Under the pieces are notes generated by a model. That model had not been told where the DNA came from and ran no database searches. It was given only the letters and a program-made list of their open reading frames with translations. Both the position numbers and the translations under genes were made by a program. Positions 13,330 to 25,615 of a stretch of DNA of 64,000 nt are shown one piece after another. The DNA lies in assembly GCF_000281045.1 (NCBI RefSeq), contig NW_008246077.1, positions 719,264 to 783,263 on the forward strand, written 5' to 3'. The stretch is from Saprolegnia diclina VS20. Taxonomy: Eukaryota. Each line of letters opens with the position of its first letter. Positions within the stretch are counted from its first letter, which is position 1.

Positions 13330-13961
13330 GCTCGCCGCCGCTGCTGTTGCCGCGTCCGTGACCCGTATCCAACAAAATCTGCCAGCTTCGAATCTTCGGA
13401 TTTCATCCGGACGATCTGTTTTTGTATCCGTAAAAGCGCGTCCACGTGGACACTGTAAATAGTGTCATGTGCAGAAGAGTGGCGCAGCCAAACCTTGCGC
13501 ATGGCCGCATCGCTAATACTGTTCGGCGCGAGCGAGAGCGCGCTGCAAAACCTCACACTGTCATTTGTATAGTAGTGACGTACCCGCATCTGTAGTATTA
13601 CCTCCATTGACAACAGCAAGAATGATACCATTTCATCGTGCATAGTTCAGAAGTACACTATTTTACGACCAACCAGTGTCCTACGGTCAAATATTGCAGT
13701 TGCGGCGATGGCGCTGTCGTATTGACGGCGCAGATTTCGCGCCCGCGCGTCTCTTTTGGGTACGATCAGATGCGAGGCGGACACGAGAGGCGCTTTGCAT
13801 ACTCCCCGTGCAAGGACTAGTCACGCTCTACGTTGGCGGCCGCCAAGCCATCGAAGTTCGAACGCCATCGTCCGGATATAGTGGAATGTGCGCCGGATAC
13901 GCGCGCACATAATTAAATTGAATAAAAAGGCGTGTGAGAAATCGACAGCAGCGTTACAAGT

Positions 13962-13976
13962 TCACTTTTCCATTTC
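13962..13976 (+). promoter_or_regulatory. Inr/FPR-like core promoter of the PMI gene
   Basis: TCACTTTTCCATTTC is a near match to the oomycete TCAYTYYNCAWTTT element and lies about 30-40 nt upstream of ATG 14004. Confidence 0.5.
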
Positions 13977-14003
13977 TGTCAATTCCCTCGGACGTCCCTC
14001 GTC

Positions 14004-15458
14004 ATGTACCGCCTGCAGTGCGTCGCCCAGCAGTATGCATGGGGCAAGAAGGGCTCCAAGAGCGCCGTCGCCGCCTTGAAGGTCCGCCCATGTGCTTGGC
14101 GCCGTCATGCTCAGCTCTCTTCTAGTCGGCGAGCGAGCACACCTTCAAGGTGCAAGAAGACGAGACGTACGCCGAGCTCTGGATGGGCACGCACCCCAAC
14201 GGCCCGTCCAAGATCGTCGGCCACGATGGCACGATTGAGCTCCTCTCGGATTGGCTTCAGGTGCGCGCGCATATGCTGGCGAGAGCTCATGAGGCGTAGG
14301 CGCACCCCGAGGCGCTTGGCGACATTGACGGCGACATTCCGTACCTCTTCAAGGTCCTCTCTGTAAACACGGCGCTGTCCATCCAGGCCCACCCGGACAA
14401 AGATACGGCCGAGAAGCTTCACGCCGAGTTCCCACTCATCTACAAGGACGACAACCACAAGCCCGAGATGGCGATCGCGGTCAATCGCTTCGAAGCGCTG
14501 TACGTTCTCGTCTCAGCAGCCTGGTGGTCTCTCACGCCGCATGTTGTAGGTGCCGGTTCCGCCCGATCGAAAAGATTGTAGAACACATCCAGGAGGTCCC
14601 GGAGCTGCGCGCGCTCGTGGACCCGGAGATCTCGAACGCGCTCATCGAAAGCCACGACCGCGACACGCTCCGAGCGTTCTTCCAGGCGCTTGTCTACTGC
14701 GACCACGACGAGGCAATTGCGCAGTTGGCCAACCACCGCGAGCGTCTCGAGGCCATGGACGAACGCACGCCGCTGCAGAAGCTGGTTTTGCGCTTGAACG
14801 ACCAGTACCCAAACGACATTGGCGCGTTTTGCCCGTATTTGCTCAACTACCTCGTCATGGAGCCTGGCGACGCAGTCTTCCTCGGCGCCAACGAGCCCCA
14901 CGCGTACCTCTCGGGTACCTACCTCTCTAGCACGTGTCCTTGTCTGACATGGTTGCAGGCGACTGCATTGAATGCATGGCGTGCTCGGACAACGTCGTGC
15001 GTGCCGGGCTCACGCCCAAGTTCATTGACAAGACGACGCTCTGCGACATGCTCACCTACGAGTAAGCAACACGCGATCTCTACGTAGTGCAACTCACCAC
15101 TTTTTTCAGAGCGGGCACGCCGCCGATCGGCCAAGGCACTGCGATCGACGCGGTATTGACCGAGTACACGCCGCCCGTGCCCGAGTTTCAGGTGCAGCGC
15201 ATGGACATGGCGCCGCTGGAGCACTACACGCTGGCACCGGCAACAGGTCCTTCGATCTTGCTCGTGCTCTCGGGCCAAGGGTACGCCCACTTTTCACCCA
15301 CCGACGACGACGACGACGACGACGCGCTGACGTCCAAGCTGGAACTGTCGACGGGGCATGTGTTTTTCGTGCCTGCCGGCCAAAAGCTGGCGTTCGAGAG
15401 CGGAATTCAAGGCCTGACCGTGTACCGCTCGTGCCCAAACGAAGGCCCGCACGCGTAG
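14004..15458 (+). CDS. MPI: Mannose-6-phosphate isomerase, class I
   Basis: [73 protein letters not shown]. Confidence 0.96.
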
Positions 15459-15766
15459 AAGAGAGCTTTTCGCATCGCGCGCATTAATTATAAGGTTTTC
15501 GTTGTTTCCCTGCTCGCCGGCAAGAGTACCTACTAGTAGCAGCTTGGTCCAGCGAACGCGGTCGTAAGCGTCGTCGCAGCGCTGGGTTTGTAGCGGAAGG
15601 TTCGTGCGGCGATCGAACTTGGAAGATCGCCACATCCGTCGACGGATTTTTGCAACAGAGGGACCGTTGGTTTGAAGGAGTGGACCGTTTCATGAACGAA
15701 ACCGCAATATTATCCGGCGCATATTATCCGGACACGGCCGCAGATTTGCGCCAGTCATCTTGCAGG

Positions 15767-15835
15767 ATGGCCAAGAACAAGAAGGCCAAGCAGCCGCCGG
15801 CGACCGACGCGGCCAAGGCGCCGACAAAGTCCGCT
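15767..15835 (+). CDS. 5' fragment of a gene truncated by the assembly gap
   Basis: MAKNKKAKQPPATDAAKAPTKSA runs into the Ns. It is preceded by two TATCCGG motifs. Confidence 0.5.
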
Positions 15836-15935
15836 NNNNNNNNNNNNNNNNNNNNNNNNNNNNNNNNNNNNNNNNNNNNNNNNNNNNNNNNNNNNNNNNN
15901 NNNNNNNNNNNNNNNNNNNNNNNNNNNNNNNNNNN
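15836..15935. other. Assembly gap (100 N placeholder)
   Basis: Exactly 100 Ns. Confidence 0.99.
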
Positions 15936-15998
15936 CATGTAGACGTCGGCGGCGCTGATGGCGGCGGAGACGAGGGACACGGCAAGGAGGCAGAGCAT
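15936..15998 (-). CDS. 5' fragment of a secreted protein (signal peptide), truncated by the gap
   Basis: MLCLLAVSLVSAAISAADVYM has a hydrophobic core and an Ala-rich cleavage site, with a perfect Inr-FPR upstream. Confidence 0.6.
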
Positions 15999-16050
15999 GA
16001 TGCGAGGCCGGCTCGTTGCGAAATCTTGGTACCCTGTTGTTGCCTTGGCA

Positions 16051-16138
16051 TTGCGAATTGAGAATTGAGAATTGCGAATTGCAAATTGCGAAATGAGAAT
16101 TGAGAATTGAGAATCCAGAATTGAGAATCCTGGAATTC
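16051..16138. repeat. Degenerate 7-bp tandem array (GAATTGA / GAATTGC / GAATCCA)
   Basis: ttgcgaattgagaattgagaattgcgaattgcaaattgcgaaatgagaattgagaattgagaatccagaattgagaatcctggaattc, about 12 units. Confidence 0.9.
16081..16097 (-). promoter_or_regulatory. Oomycete Inr+FPR core promoter
   Basis: The minus strand reads CTCATTTCGCAATTTGC, matching CTCATTYYNCAWTTTNC, about 85-100 nt upstream of ATG 15998. Confidence 0.7.
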
Positions 16139-16780
16139 CGAGTTTTTATCTTATCTTGCGCTTTGTATGAAATACAATGCATTCGCATCGGACGCAGTGG
16201 TGCGAATTTAGCGACGGTTTCGGGAAAGCGTGCGATGTGATTGGCTATCGCAAAGATCCAAGACCATCGTTTTGACTTGTTGTTTGTATGCCGTGCGCAC
16301 GCCTCGGTCGAATTCGCCTAACAAGTAGTATCGGCCTCAGCACCACAGCCATGCCACGTCACGACCATATTGCATCAAGTGCGCCCAAACGCGTGACAAC
16401 AAAATCCTAACAATCATGCTCCAATGCGCTTGCATCTTGCAAACGCATGGAATGATAAGAGTCTACTACGTAGTACTTGCTTCCTTGCACTATTAATAGT
16501 CTAACGTTAGTGGGTATCTATTTAGGCGGTAATTTGTACACACTAGCAATGCCCTCGACACTAGGCTATCTAACCAACATCGTGACTCGTTGGGTGTCGA
16601 TAGGAGCGCAGTGAAATGCTTGTCCAAGCACCTAGTCGGTTGCTGGTGTAGTATGCCCGTTTAAGTGTCGAGTTGGGTGCATGTATCCAACGGCTTTCTC
16701 GATGGATCCGGATAAGAGAGTCCGGATAACGTGTATCCGGTCGGCTTGAACGGATTGGTCGCCACAGAAATTCATAGAGC

Positions 16781-19690
16781 ATGGCGGACTACGGAGGCGG
16801 CTACGGCGGTCGGGACGGAGGTCGCGGGTACAACGATGGCCCTCGGGGCGGCTACAACGACCGGGGCTTCCAGGACGGCAACCGCCGCCGGAAGCGCTCA
16901 GACGACATGTCGGACAACTATGGCAACAAGCGCCACCGCAACAACTACAACCAGCGTGGCGACTACCGCGACAACTACCGCGGTCGCCGCGACGACAACT
17001 ACCGCGACAACAACCGCAACGGCGGTGACGACGACGTCTTGGAGCTCAAGCGACGCGTCATTACGCTCGGCGACAGCGTGAACGTGAGCGACACGCACGC
17101 CGTGCGCGACGTGCTCTCGCGCTGCGGCGAGTGGCTCGGCGAGCAGCTCATGTTCCAGGCGCAGGAAATCGCGGCGCTCGTCGTGACGTGCGCGGGTCGC
17201 CTCAGCGCCAAGAGCGAGTGGTACGCGCTGCTCACGACGCTCCTCAACGAAAAGAATGGCGTCTTTGGCAAAAAGGTAGTCGAGCTCGCGTGCCAAGCGA
17301 TCCAAACCGACCTCAACTGGTGGCAATCCGAGGACGACCCCGCTGAGGGCACGACCGAGCTCTTGCGCATCAAGCTTCTCGTGCGCTTCCTCGGCCACCT
17401 CGCAACGACCAAGATGATTGTGGCGGCCGACGTGATCCAGCTCCTCGCCCACTTTGTCGCGCTCTGCACGCCCGAGCCGATCGAGCCCGACAACCGGGCC
17501 CAGCAAGATGCGACCGCGATCAAGGACTACATTGCGTACATCGTCCTTGACACGCTTCTCCACGTACGTACCGCTTCCCATGGCTTGCACCCCACGGCTC
17601 TCACCCCATATTGTCTAGTGCGGGCATGCGCTCTCGGTGGCCGCCGAGGAGCCGTTCGACGAGCTCATCGCACAGCTCACGACGTACATGGCGTTCCGGG
17701 AAGTCGACACGACCCACTCGCGCTTCGTGCCCTCCAACAGCTGGGTCGTCCAGCGCGTGCGCCTCAACATGCTCTGCGACCCGGAAGACGACGACGTCCT
17801 CGGCGTGGCCAAGGTACACGCCAGCTCTCCTGAATCGTTGTAACGACATGCAGGCGCTGGACCCGCTGGCCGCCACGTGGACGGCGGTCGAGCAGCTCGT
17901 GGCCGGCCTTTCGCGGGACTCGACCAAGTCGGACGTCGCGCTCTACAATCCGTCGCAGTCGACGTGGAAGGTCGCTGCGCTTATGTACCCGCAGCAGTTC
18001 TTCATGACGGTCATCAAAAACACGGTGCCCTTTGCGCTGCCAACCTCGGCGTTTCCGTTTACGCTCGAGCTGTCGGCCGTACGCCACTCCACGTCCTATC
18101 CGCGTCCTTAGTTCTATGTCTTTTTTGTAGATTCACGCCAAGAAGCTGCCGTCGTACTCGGTCGTCTTTCGCATCCTCAACGACGAGAGCGGTCCGATGG
18201 GTATCGCGATTGCGCAAATGCACTTGCCGTCGTACCTCGTCGCCCGGAGCTACTTTGAAGACATTCTCAAGGTCGGTTTGTTTCAACGTATCAAGCGATT
18301 TTATGGAATGTCGCAGGCGTTTGCGCCGTCGGTCGCCGAGACGTCCAAGCAACTGCTCACGTGTGCGCATTGGCTCAACGCGCGCTTGGACAACGTCCAG
18401 GCCGAGTTTATTCTCGTCGAGACGCTTCTCGTGCACATTTTGCAGCACCGCGACGTGCCGTTTGGCGGGGCCGTCCTCTACCAGATGCTCAAGCAAGACG
18501 CCAAGACGATCCAGAGCGCGCTCGCGATCCTCATGGAGCTCCTCTTCCGGCAGATTCCCAACATGCAGATGGGCACGCTCGACGTCTTTGTGCGCTTCTT
18601 CTCGCTCTTCCTCTCCAACTTCGAGTACAAGTGGCCGTGGGCGCACTGGAACTACGTGCTCGACGCGCAGGCCGACGACGCGCAGCGCCTCTTTGTCTCG
18701 GCCGTCCTCGAGCGCTGCGTGCGTCTGAGCTACCGCCAGCACATGCAGTCGGTGCTCCCCGAGGCGTTCCACATGCTTTTGCCGCCCAACCCGCTGCACA
18801 TCATTCGGTTCCGCCAAGACGAAGCCGGCGCGTTTGAAGCCAACATGAACGCGACGCTCCAGGATGTGTACGAAGACATTCTGTCCAAAATCAAGGCGCG
18901 GGACGACGCGGCGGTCATTGAAGCGTGGTGCACCGAAAAGAAGGCGTCGCTCGACAAGGCGATCGTGCTGGAAATGGTCGTCTCGGCGCTCCTTGAAGCC
19001 GGCTCGGCCACGTTTACGCACTTTCGGAGCCTCTTGGAGAAGTACCAAGAGCTCTTGGCGACGCTCACGGCGTCGACGGACGATGCGCTCGCCGCCATCA
19101 ACGCGGTCGGCGCCGTTTGGGAGCAGTCGCCGCAACACGTGATTCTCATTCTGAGCCTCATGATGCGCCACAAGGTGCTCACGTCGACGGCGATCTCGAC
19201 GTGGATGTTTAGTGCCGACGCTGTCCAGCAGTACAGCTGGTGCGTCGACGTATTGCACTTTTCATGAGTCTCATACGATGGGTAGGCATTATGTGTGGGA
19301 GATTCTCGACAACTCGATCGTCTACGGCATCGAGCGCGTTGAAGCCAACCCGGAGGACGCGGCGGCGCTCGACGACCTGCAAGCGATGCTCCGCGCAGTC
19401 CTCGAGGTACGCTTGATTCCGTCAGGCCAGAATTAATGATCGTGCGTGGTTAGGGTTTCATGAAGGTCATTGCGGACCACAAGTTTTCGTGCGACAAGGA
19501 AGGCACGTCGTTCAAGGACAATTGGTACAACAGCACGCTTGCGCGCATGAAGGCGGTCGGTCGGCGCTTCCGCGTCGCGCTCCAGCCGCTGTTGCCGGCG
19601 CTCGAGAGTGGTGTGTTTGCGGCCGCCGGCGCCGAGCAGGACGTGTGCACAGTCTTCCACTACATCAAAGAGTCGTATCAAGCCAAGTAG
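16781..19690 (+). CDS. NCBP1: Nuclear cap-binding protein subunit 1 (CBP80)
   Basis: MIF4G-like motifs K..WYALLTTLLN and KLLVRFLGHL; FSLFLSNFEYKWPWAHW; VLERCVRLSYRQH; GSATFTHF; N-terminal basic NLS. Confidence 0.9.
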
Positions 19691-19756
19691 GATCGGTCGA
19701 CGACGAAACAACTAAGAGCAACTAAGAGCAGACGACGCTTATATATCGACGGCAAA

Positions 19757-22194
19757 TTAAGACTTTTCCAACTCAACGCTCGCGTTGAGAAAGCTCACGT
19801 TGACCGGTCGCGGCGCGCTCTTGATCAGACTTGCCACTTGACTTGTTGAGAGCGCTTGCGTCGACTGCCCGTTCACCGTGACGAGCTGCGCGCCAATTTG
19901 GACGCGTCCGTCGAGTTCGACCTCGCCCTTGGTGCCGAGGGGCCCCGGGAGGAAGCTCGTAATGATCGGGAACTGGTTGGGCTCAATGTTGGCGAGCGAG
20001 AGGTGCAACGACGCCTTGTGGACCAGCACATGGATCCGCCGTGGCCGGCGCGCACGGCTGCCAATCAAATCCGTCTCCTTCGGACTCGCATCGGGCGATG
20101 ACGACCGCGGCTTGGACGTCAGTGGCAGCTTCTTCGTGCTCGGACTCTCGGTGGCGATCGGTCGCTGTGACGCGGTCTGTGCACGAGGCCAGGATGATGA
20201 GAAGCTATGGGGGCATCATCGAGTGGGACGTACAAGTGCGTCCGACGTTTTGAGTTTCTTCGGCAGACTTGGCATCTCAGCAACAGCCTTGCCCGACACC
20301 GTCTCGGTCGCTGGGCGCTTCTTCGTCGCATTGGACGGCGACGGCAAGTTCTCTGCCTTGATTGACGGCTCGGGCTTGCCCTACGCGTGCGTGTGTTGAA
20401 GGCGGCGCTTCCATCGTGGGTGACCGTACCGACACGTCACTTGGCTTCTTGTTGCCAACCTTTTCGCTGTGTGCGGCGGAAGGTGGTGACGACGCTGCCG
20501 TGGCGGTGGTCGTGGCAAGCGTGCGCTTGCTTGGGGAGGTCGACGGGCGTTGTCGTTCTTCTTCCTCCGCCTCGTCGTCCGACGACGACTCTGAAATGGT
20601 ATCGTACGAAGACGCCTCGTAGTCAGCTTCGGCGCTAAGGTCCTCCGTCCCATCTGAATCTACCAAGTCCGAGTCGTCGTCTGAGGTCATAAAGACTTCC
20701 AAGACCCCACCGACGACGGCTGCAATGACTTCCGAGCTGAGCGGTTCATGGCGTGTTGTCGGTGGAGGGAGAGGTGCAACAGCAGGCGCTGCCAACGGCT
20801 TAGCAGCAGATGCTGCCGACGGCTTGGCTGCAGGTGCTGCCGACGGCTTGGCAGCAGGTGGCGGCACGACTGGCACAGCCGTCGGCTTGGCAGGCACTGC
20901 TATCGGCTTGAGAGGCACTGCCGTCGGCTTGGCAGGCGCTGTCGATGACTTGGCAGGCGCTGTCGATGACTTGGCAGGCGCTGTCGACGGCTTGGCAGCG
21001 GGTGGCTGCACGACCGGCACTGCGACTGGAGTTGCCAGCGACGGTCGCTTTGTGGCAGGCTCGACGCTTGGCCCGGGTGTCGGCTTGGGGGCCAGCGCAG
21101 GCGCAGTTGACTTCGGCGTCGCGGCCTTGGGGTTTACAGGCTTGAGCGTCGGAAGGCGCGCTGCGCTTTGTGCGAGGGTGGGCAGTGGGGTCGATGCCTC
21201 GGCAACCGCACTCTTCTTGGACCTGGGCTTCCGGAACGAGAGCGTCAGTGGTCGAGTGCACCCGTTGATCATGTGCGCGACCTCCTCGACAGGCCGGCCA
21301 CGGATGGGCACGCCGTTTATGGCGACGAGGATATCGAGCTTGGAGATGGCGTTTGAGGCCTTGGCCTCGCCCGGCTGGCCGTCGTCCGTGTTGAGGAGGT
21401 CGTTGACAATCACATTCGTGCCCTTCTGCCCGAGCGCAATGTAGATTGAGCGGCCCCAAAACTTAACGTTGGCGACGGCGTCCGGTGCCTGGGGCGCGGT
21501 GACGGCGTCGGGTGTGTAGATGGCCAGGTCTTCGACGCGCACGATGCGTTCGGTCGGCATCTGCAGGCGATAGAGTCGTTGAGCACCCCATGCATTCGAT
21601 AGGGATCGTACCGCGGGTGCGAGCTCGACGAGCAAGTCGAGTTTCTTCATGTAGTCGTAGTCGCCGTCCTCAAAGTTGAGGCGGTAGACCAACTCGCCAT
21701 CGTCCATCTTGGACGACGCGACCGTCACGAGGTACAGCTCGTCGTTGTCGTACGTCTTGTAAAACTGGACGCCAAGAAGGAGGTCGGGAACCTTCTCGAG
21801 GACGGCGACCAGGTCGACGTGTGACGAGCGCGTCGTAGGTGCGTCGTGCGTCCACTTGACCTTGACGAGCCCACTCTCGTTGTAGTCGGCGCTGTAGAAG
21901 CTCACGCCGTCGAGGGAGCAGACCTTGCCCGTTTGGCCTTCATCGAACGTAAGCTGCATACCTGCCGCCCTCGTCATGAGCCACCGAGATGCCATGCACG
22001 TTGCCAACTGTACCGTCCAGCTGCAGGCGCTTGGCTCGGATCGCGAGCTCGGCCGAGACGACGACCGTCGACCCATCCGGCAGCTTGAGCTTGTAGCTGA
22101 CGTTCTTGACGAAGGCCGTGAGGACGCCGGCGACGCCGCCGCTCGAGAGCTGCGTGCCCACGAGGTGGTCGTACCACGTGCTGATGGCCGACAT
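19757..22194 (-). CDS. Protein with two PDZ domains, a Tudor-like segment and a Pro/Ala/Lys repeat linker
   Basis: PDZ motifs ISKLDILVAINGVPIRGRPVEEVAHMINGCTRPLTLSF and IGAQLVTVNGQSTQALSTSQVASLIKSAPRPVNVSF; YRLNFEDGDYDYM resembles Tudor-like Y..F/YEDGD. Confidence 0.7.
20790..21005 (-). repeat. Coding minisatellite, 21-24-bp units encoding PAKSSTA / PAKPTAV / AAKPSAAP
   Basis: cttggcaggcgctgtcgatga repeated, with three near-perfect copies at about 20928-20990 and degenerate flanking copies. Confidence 0.85.
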
Positions 22195-22284
22195 GGTGCT
22201 GGCTGGCCGATCACAACTGGCCAAGTCCGGGAATTGCTCCGGGTTTTTTCCGTCCAATCAATCGAAAGCTATTTTTTGTTCACG

Positions 22285-23013
22285 ATGTGGAAGCCAGGGA
22301 CCGCCAAGCCGACCGAGGCCAAGCCGGTGGTTGCCAAGACGCCGGCCGCCGAGGCCAAGAAGGCTGCCGCCGAGGCCAAGAAGGCAGCGGCGCCCAAGGC
22401 GCCCAAGCCAACGCTGTCGCAAAACACCCTCGCCATGAAGGTACGACGCTCGACCATCATGACGAGAATGATGCTTGACAGCATGCGATCCACTAGTTTA
22501 TGCAGCGCAAGAACACGGCTGCGGTCGTCCAAGAGGTCAAAAAGCACGACGACGATGACTGGGACATGGACGGCGACGCTGCCGACACGGACGGCAAGTA
22601 CGTATTCCTGCACTTGATGCCAACAGTCGACTCATGCATAATGACAGGCTCGTGGTCATCAAGGACCCGTCCGACCCGGCGATCGAGAAGCAGCTTGGCC
22701 GGCGGTCGTTTGGTGGCTTCAACGCTGCTGTCGAGGTAGGCTGCGACTGGCGCGCGGCGTGCATGGATGCCAGCATGTTCTTCTAGGAGGAGCTCAAGGC
22801 GGCGACGACGCAGCGCCGTCACTCGGAAGCCAACAAGCGCGCACTCAAGGAGGAGGTGTCGGCCGAAGAGATGGCAGACCGGTACGTCCTTGATCTCGCT
22901 AGCAACGCGCTGCATCATGCTGCTCGTATAGCATGATCAAATACACGGGGCTGCGGAATAACGGCGCTGGCAACCAGCGGGACCGCCCGAAGAAGCGACA
23001 GAAGAAGGCATAG
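22285..23013 (+). CDS. MPP6: M-phase phosphoprotein 6-like exosome cofactor
   Basis: Spliced LSQNTLAMKFMQR, LGRRSFGGFNAAVE and EVSAEEMADR match the MPP6/Mpp6 conserved motifs. Confidence 0.8.
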
Positions 23014-23126
23014 TTGTCCATATTGCCATAGACTAGACCCGAGCATAAGCGCGTTCAATATGACAATATTCGATATTAGGTAAAAATAGCCACACCACGC
23101 TAAATTCGCAGTGCAAGGTAACGTGG

Positions 23127-25615
23127 ATGGTCATGGCCGAGGCGCCGCTCAAGGCGTCGTCCGTGCGCCAGCTGCCCGAGCTTCCGGCGCGCGACTCCAT
23201 GGACGTGCTCCAGAAGGTCCACGGCTTTTACGAGGTCAAGAACGAAGACGACTTGCGGCAGTGCATGGAAGGCCTCAACGCTCTCTTCAGCCGCGCGATC
23301 GATCTCGAGATGGACGTCGAGGCGGCGCCACGCAAGCCAGCACCACGCATCAAGAAAGCACCTCGGCCCGCAACGACGCCACGAAGCCCGCGGTCGACCG
23401 CCTACCTCGACCGCGCTGCCGAGATTTTGGCGGCGACCGATTCCAATGCCCTCTTCCCCCTCCTCCAGGTAGTGCATGGTCAGCATTTAGCCGCTTGAAC
23501 GCGATCCTAGTCGCCCGACATGCAGCACGCGCTCAACGTTACGGGCATTCGACCGGAGGACTTGGTGGCGAAAGCGCAAGAGGACTTTATCAAGGAGCGC
23601 GACCGGTACTGCGATCGTTGACGCAACGCGCTCAGAGAATCGACTGCGTAGGGCGTGGCGCGTGCCCTCCGAAGTCGCTGCGATGCGCTTCAAGCACTAT
23701 GAAAAGTCCCGGAAGAGCAGCGTTGCCCTTCTGCTGCAAGTCGCCGAATCGCAGGAAGTACCCCAGTCGGACGACGCCAAAGACTTTGACCGAGAGCTCG
23801 ACCACGAGCGCCGGCTCCTTGAAGAGATGATTCGCGGACGGCTTCGCTACGAAAAGGTGGCCACCCTCAACCAACAACGAAAGCTTTTGACCCCTACTAG
23901 GTGCTCGAGAGAGAGGCCGAAGTGATCCGCCGGAAGCGCGCCAAGTTCCTCGTACGTACTGGCCCTTGCATGTGTTGTACTCCACGCTGGACAAGGTGCA
24001 AGAGAATGGCGTCTTTCAGCGCCGCGGCGACGCGCCCCCCGCGTTCAAAGATCACGTGCACGCCGAACGGTAGACGCTGCGAAATCGATGTCGCTCGAGG
24101 TGTCGCCGTAGGTCCGAGGCCAACCGGCTCAAGATGGAGCGCGTTCGGGCGCAGCGGCAGCTCCTCGAGCAGGTACTGTGAACGCGTGTCACGTCTCTAG
24201 TTACAAGGCTATCACGCTAACTAGACCAAGCAAGAGAACGCAGATGCGCGCCGGCGCTACGAACAGTCGCGGGCTGCGCAGACGAAGAAAGAAAAGGACG
24301 ACCAGCTCAAACTCAAGCGCGTGCTTGGCGACGAGCGCGAGCGGAAGCGGCTACAGGTCAACCGCATGACCCACTTTTCAAGCCCGTGCCAAATAACCAC
24401 GGTGGCGTGCAGGTCGTTGAAGACGCGAGAGAGCTCGACCGGCAGCGGCGCGAATGCATTGAGCTCGCTCTTCACGAAAGGGTTTGTCGACAGACCGCAC
24501 ATGCCATCGTGTTGAAGAAGAGCGTAGGAAGCGCACTTGGAAGCGACTCGCAAGCGAGCGCTGCACAGTAATATGCTCGCCAACGAGGTAATGGGAACAA
24601 CAACATCGACGCGCTTTCGTCACGTGGCGTCGAGTAGCGCAAGCGTCTCGCACAGCACGCGCGCGAAGTGACAGTCCAGCGCGCCAAGAACATTCAGTCG
24701 TTCAAAACGAACGAAGCGAGCAAGAAGCTCCACGCGACGACCGAGCGCGTCGACAACCTCAAGGTTCGTAGTCATGCTGGTACCTTTGCTGCTGCAAGAA
24801 TCTTGGGCCGCAGGAGATTCGCCGCGCAATTCTACAAGAGCGCAACCGCATCCATGTGCTCACGCGCAGTCGCAAAGCCCACTGCAAAAGCCTGCGCGAT
24901 GAAATCGACGTGCTGCCGGTAGCGTTCCGATACATTGATACTTTTCGCCACTTTAGGGGTAGGGACCAGGCGAATACAGCGTGCGGTGGGCCGACCACAC
25001 GCGTGGTGGGTACATTGGCCACGCAGTCGCAACCGAGACTGTCCCGCACACACCGGTGCGTCACCTTTGCTCGAGCTTATATTGTTTAGTCGTTACTGAT
25101 AATGATGTTGTTGATAATGAATTAGGGACCGGGCGCCTACGACGAGCTGAGCTCGATCGCCGACGCAATGCGAACGTCCGGCCACGCGTTTCCCAAGAGC
25201 CGGTCGCTCGAGACGCTCGAGGGCCCGCCGACACCGTACGTCCTTGCATGTTGTAGCACGGTGAATCGCATGCCACGTTGTAGCGGTCCGGGACAGTACA
25301 TGGATCCACTGCGGCCGCACAAAGCGCTGGGTCCGTCCTTTCCCCTTGCGACGATCACGCCGTTTGATTTGAGCTTGCGCCACGCAGCTGAGCTGCCGGT
25401 AAGCAAACCTCGCAATCAGCAGTGCTAAAGAGTTTGTGGAGGCCCCGTGCGACTACTCGGCCACCACCGCAGTGCCGTCGCACTCCAAAGCGACCAAGGT
25501 CTTCAAGCGGTCGCTGCATGCAATGACAACGTCGTACCTCCATGCGTGCCAGGGCGCGGGCGAAGTCATGATCGACAAGGACGTTCGTGCGCTCGAGGCC
25601 GAGCCGCCCGAGTGA
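23127..25615 (+). CDS. Hypothetical coiled-coil protein, many introns (may be more than one gene)
   Basis: R/E/K-rich exon fragments (DFDRELDHERRLLEEMIRGRLRYEK) separated by short GT-AG introns, ending ALEAEPPE*. Confidence 0.5.

Noticed and set aside
15303..15323. (GAC)7 in PMI, plus (TGT)n at about 8388, (GGC)n at about 11178 and the 10-bp duplication at about 19710
   Set aside because: Ordinary microsatellites.
16051..16138. Repeat array as CRISPR, telomere or heat-shock element
   Set aside because: There are no spacers, it is not a TTTAGGG-type repeat, and the GAA units are direct with 7-bp period rather than alternating inverted pentamers.
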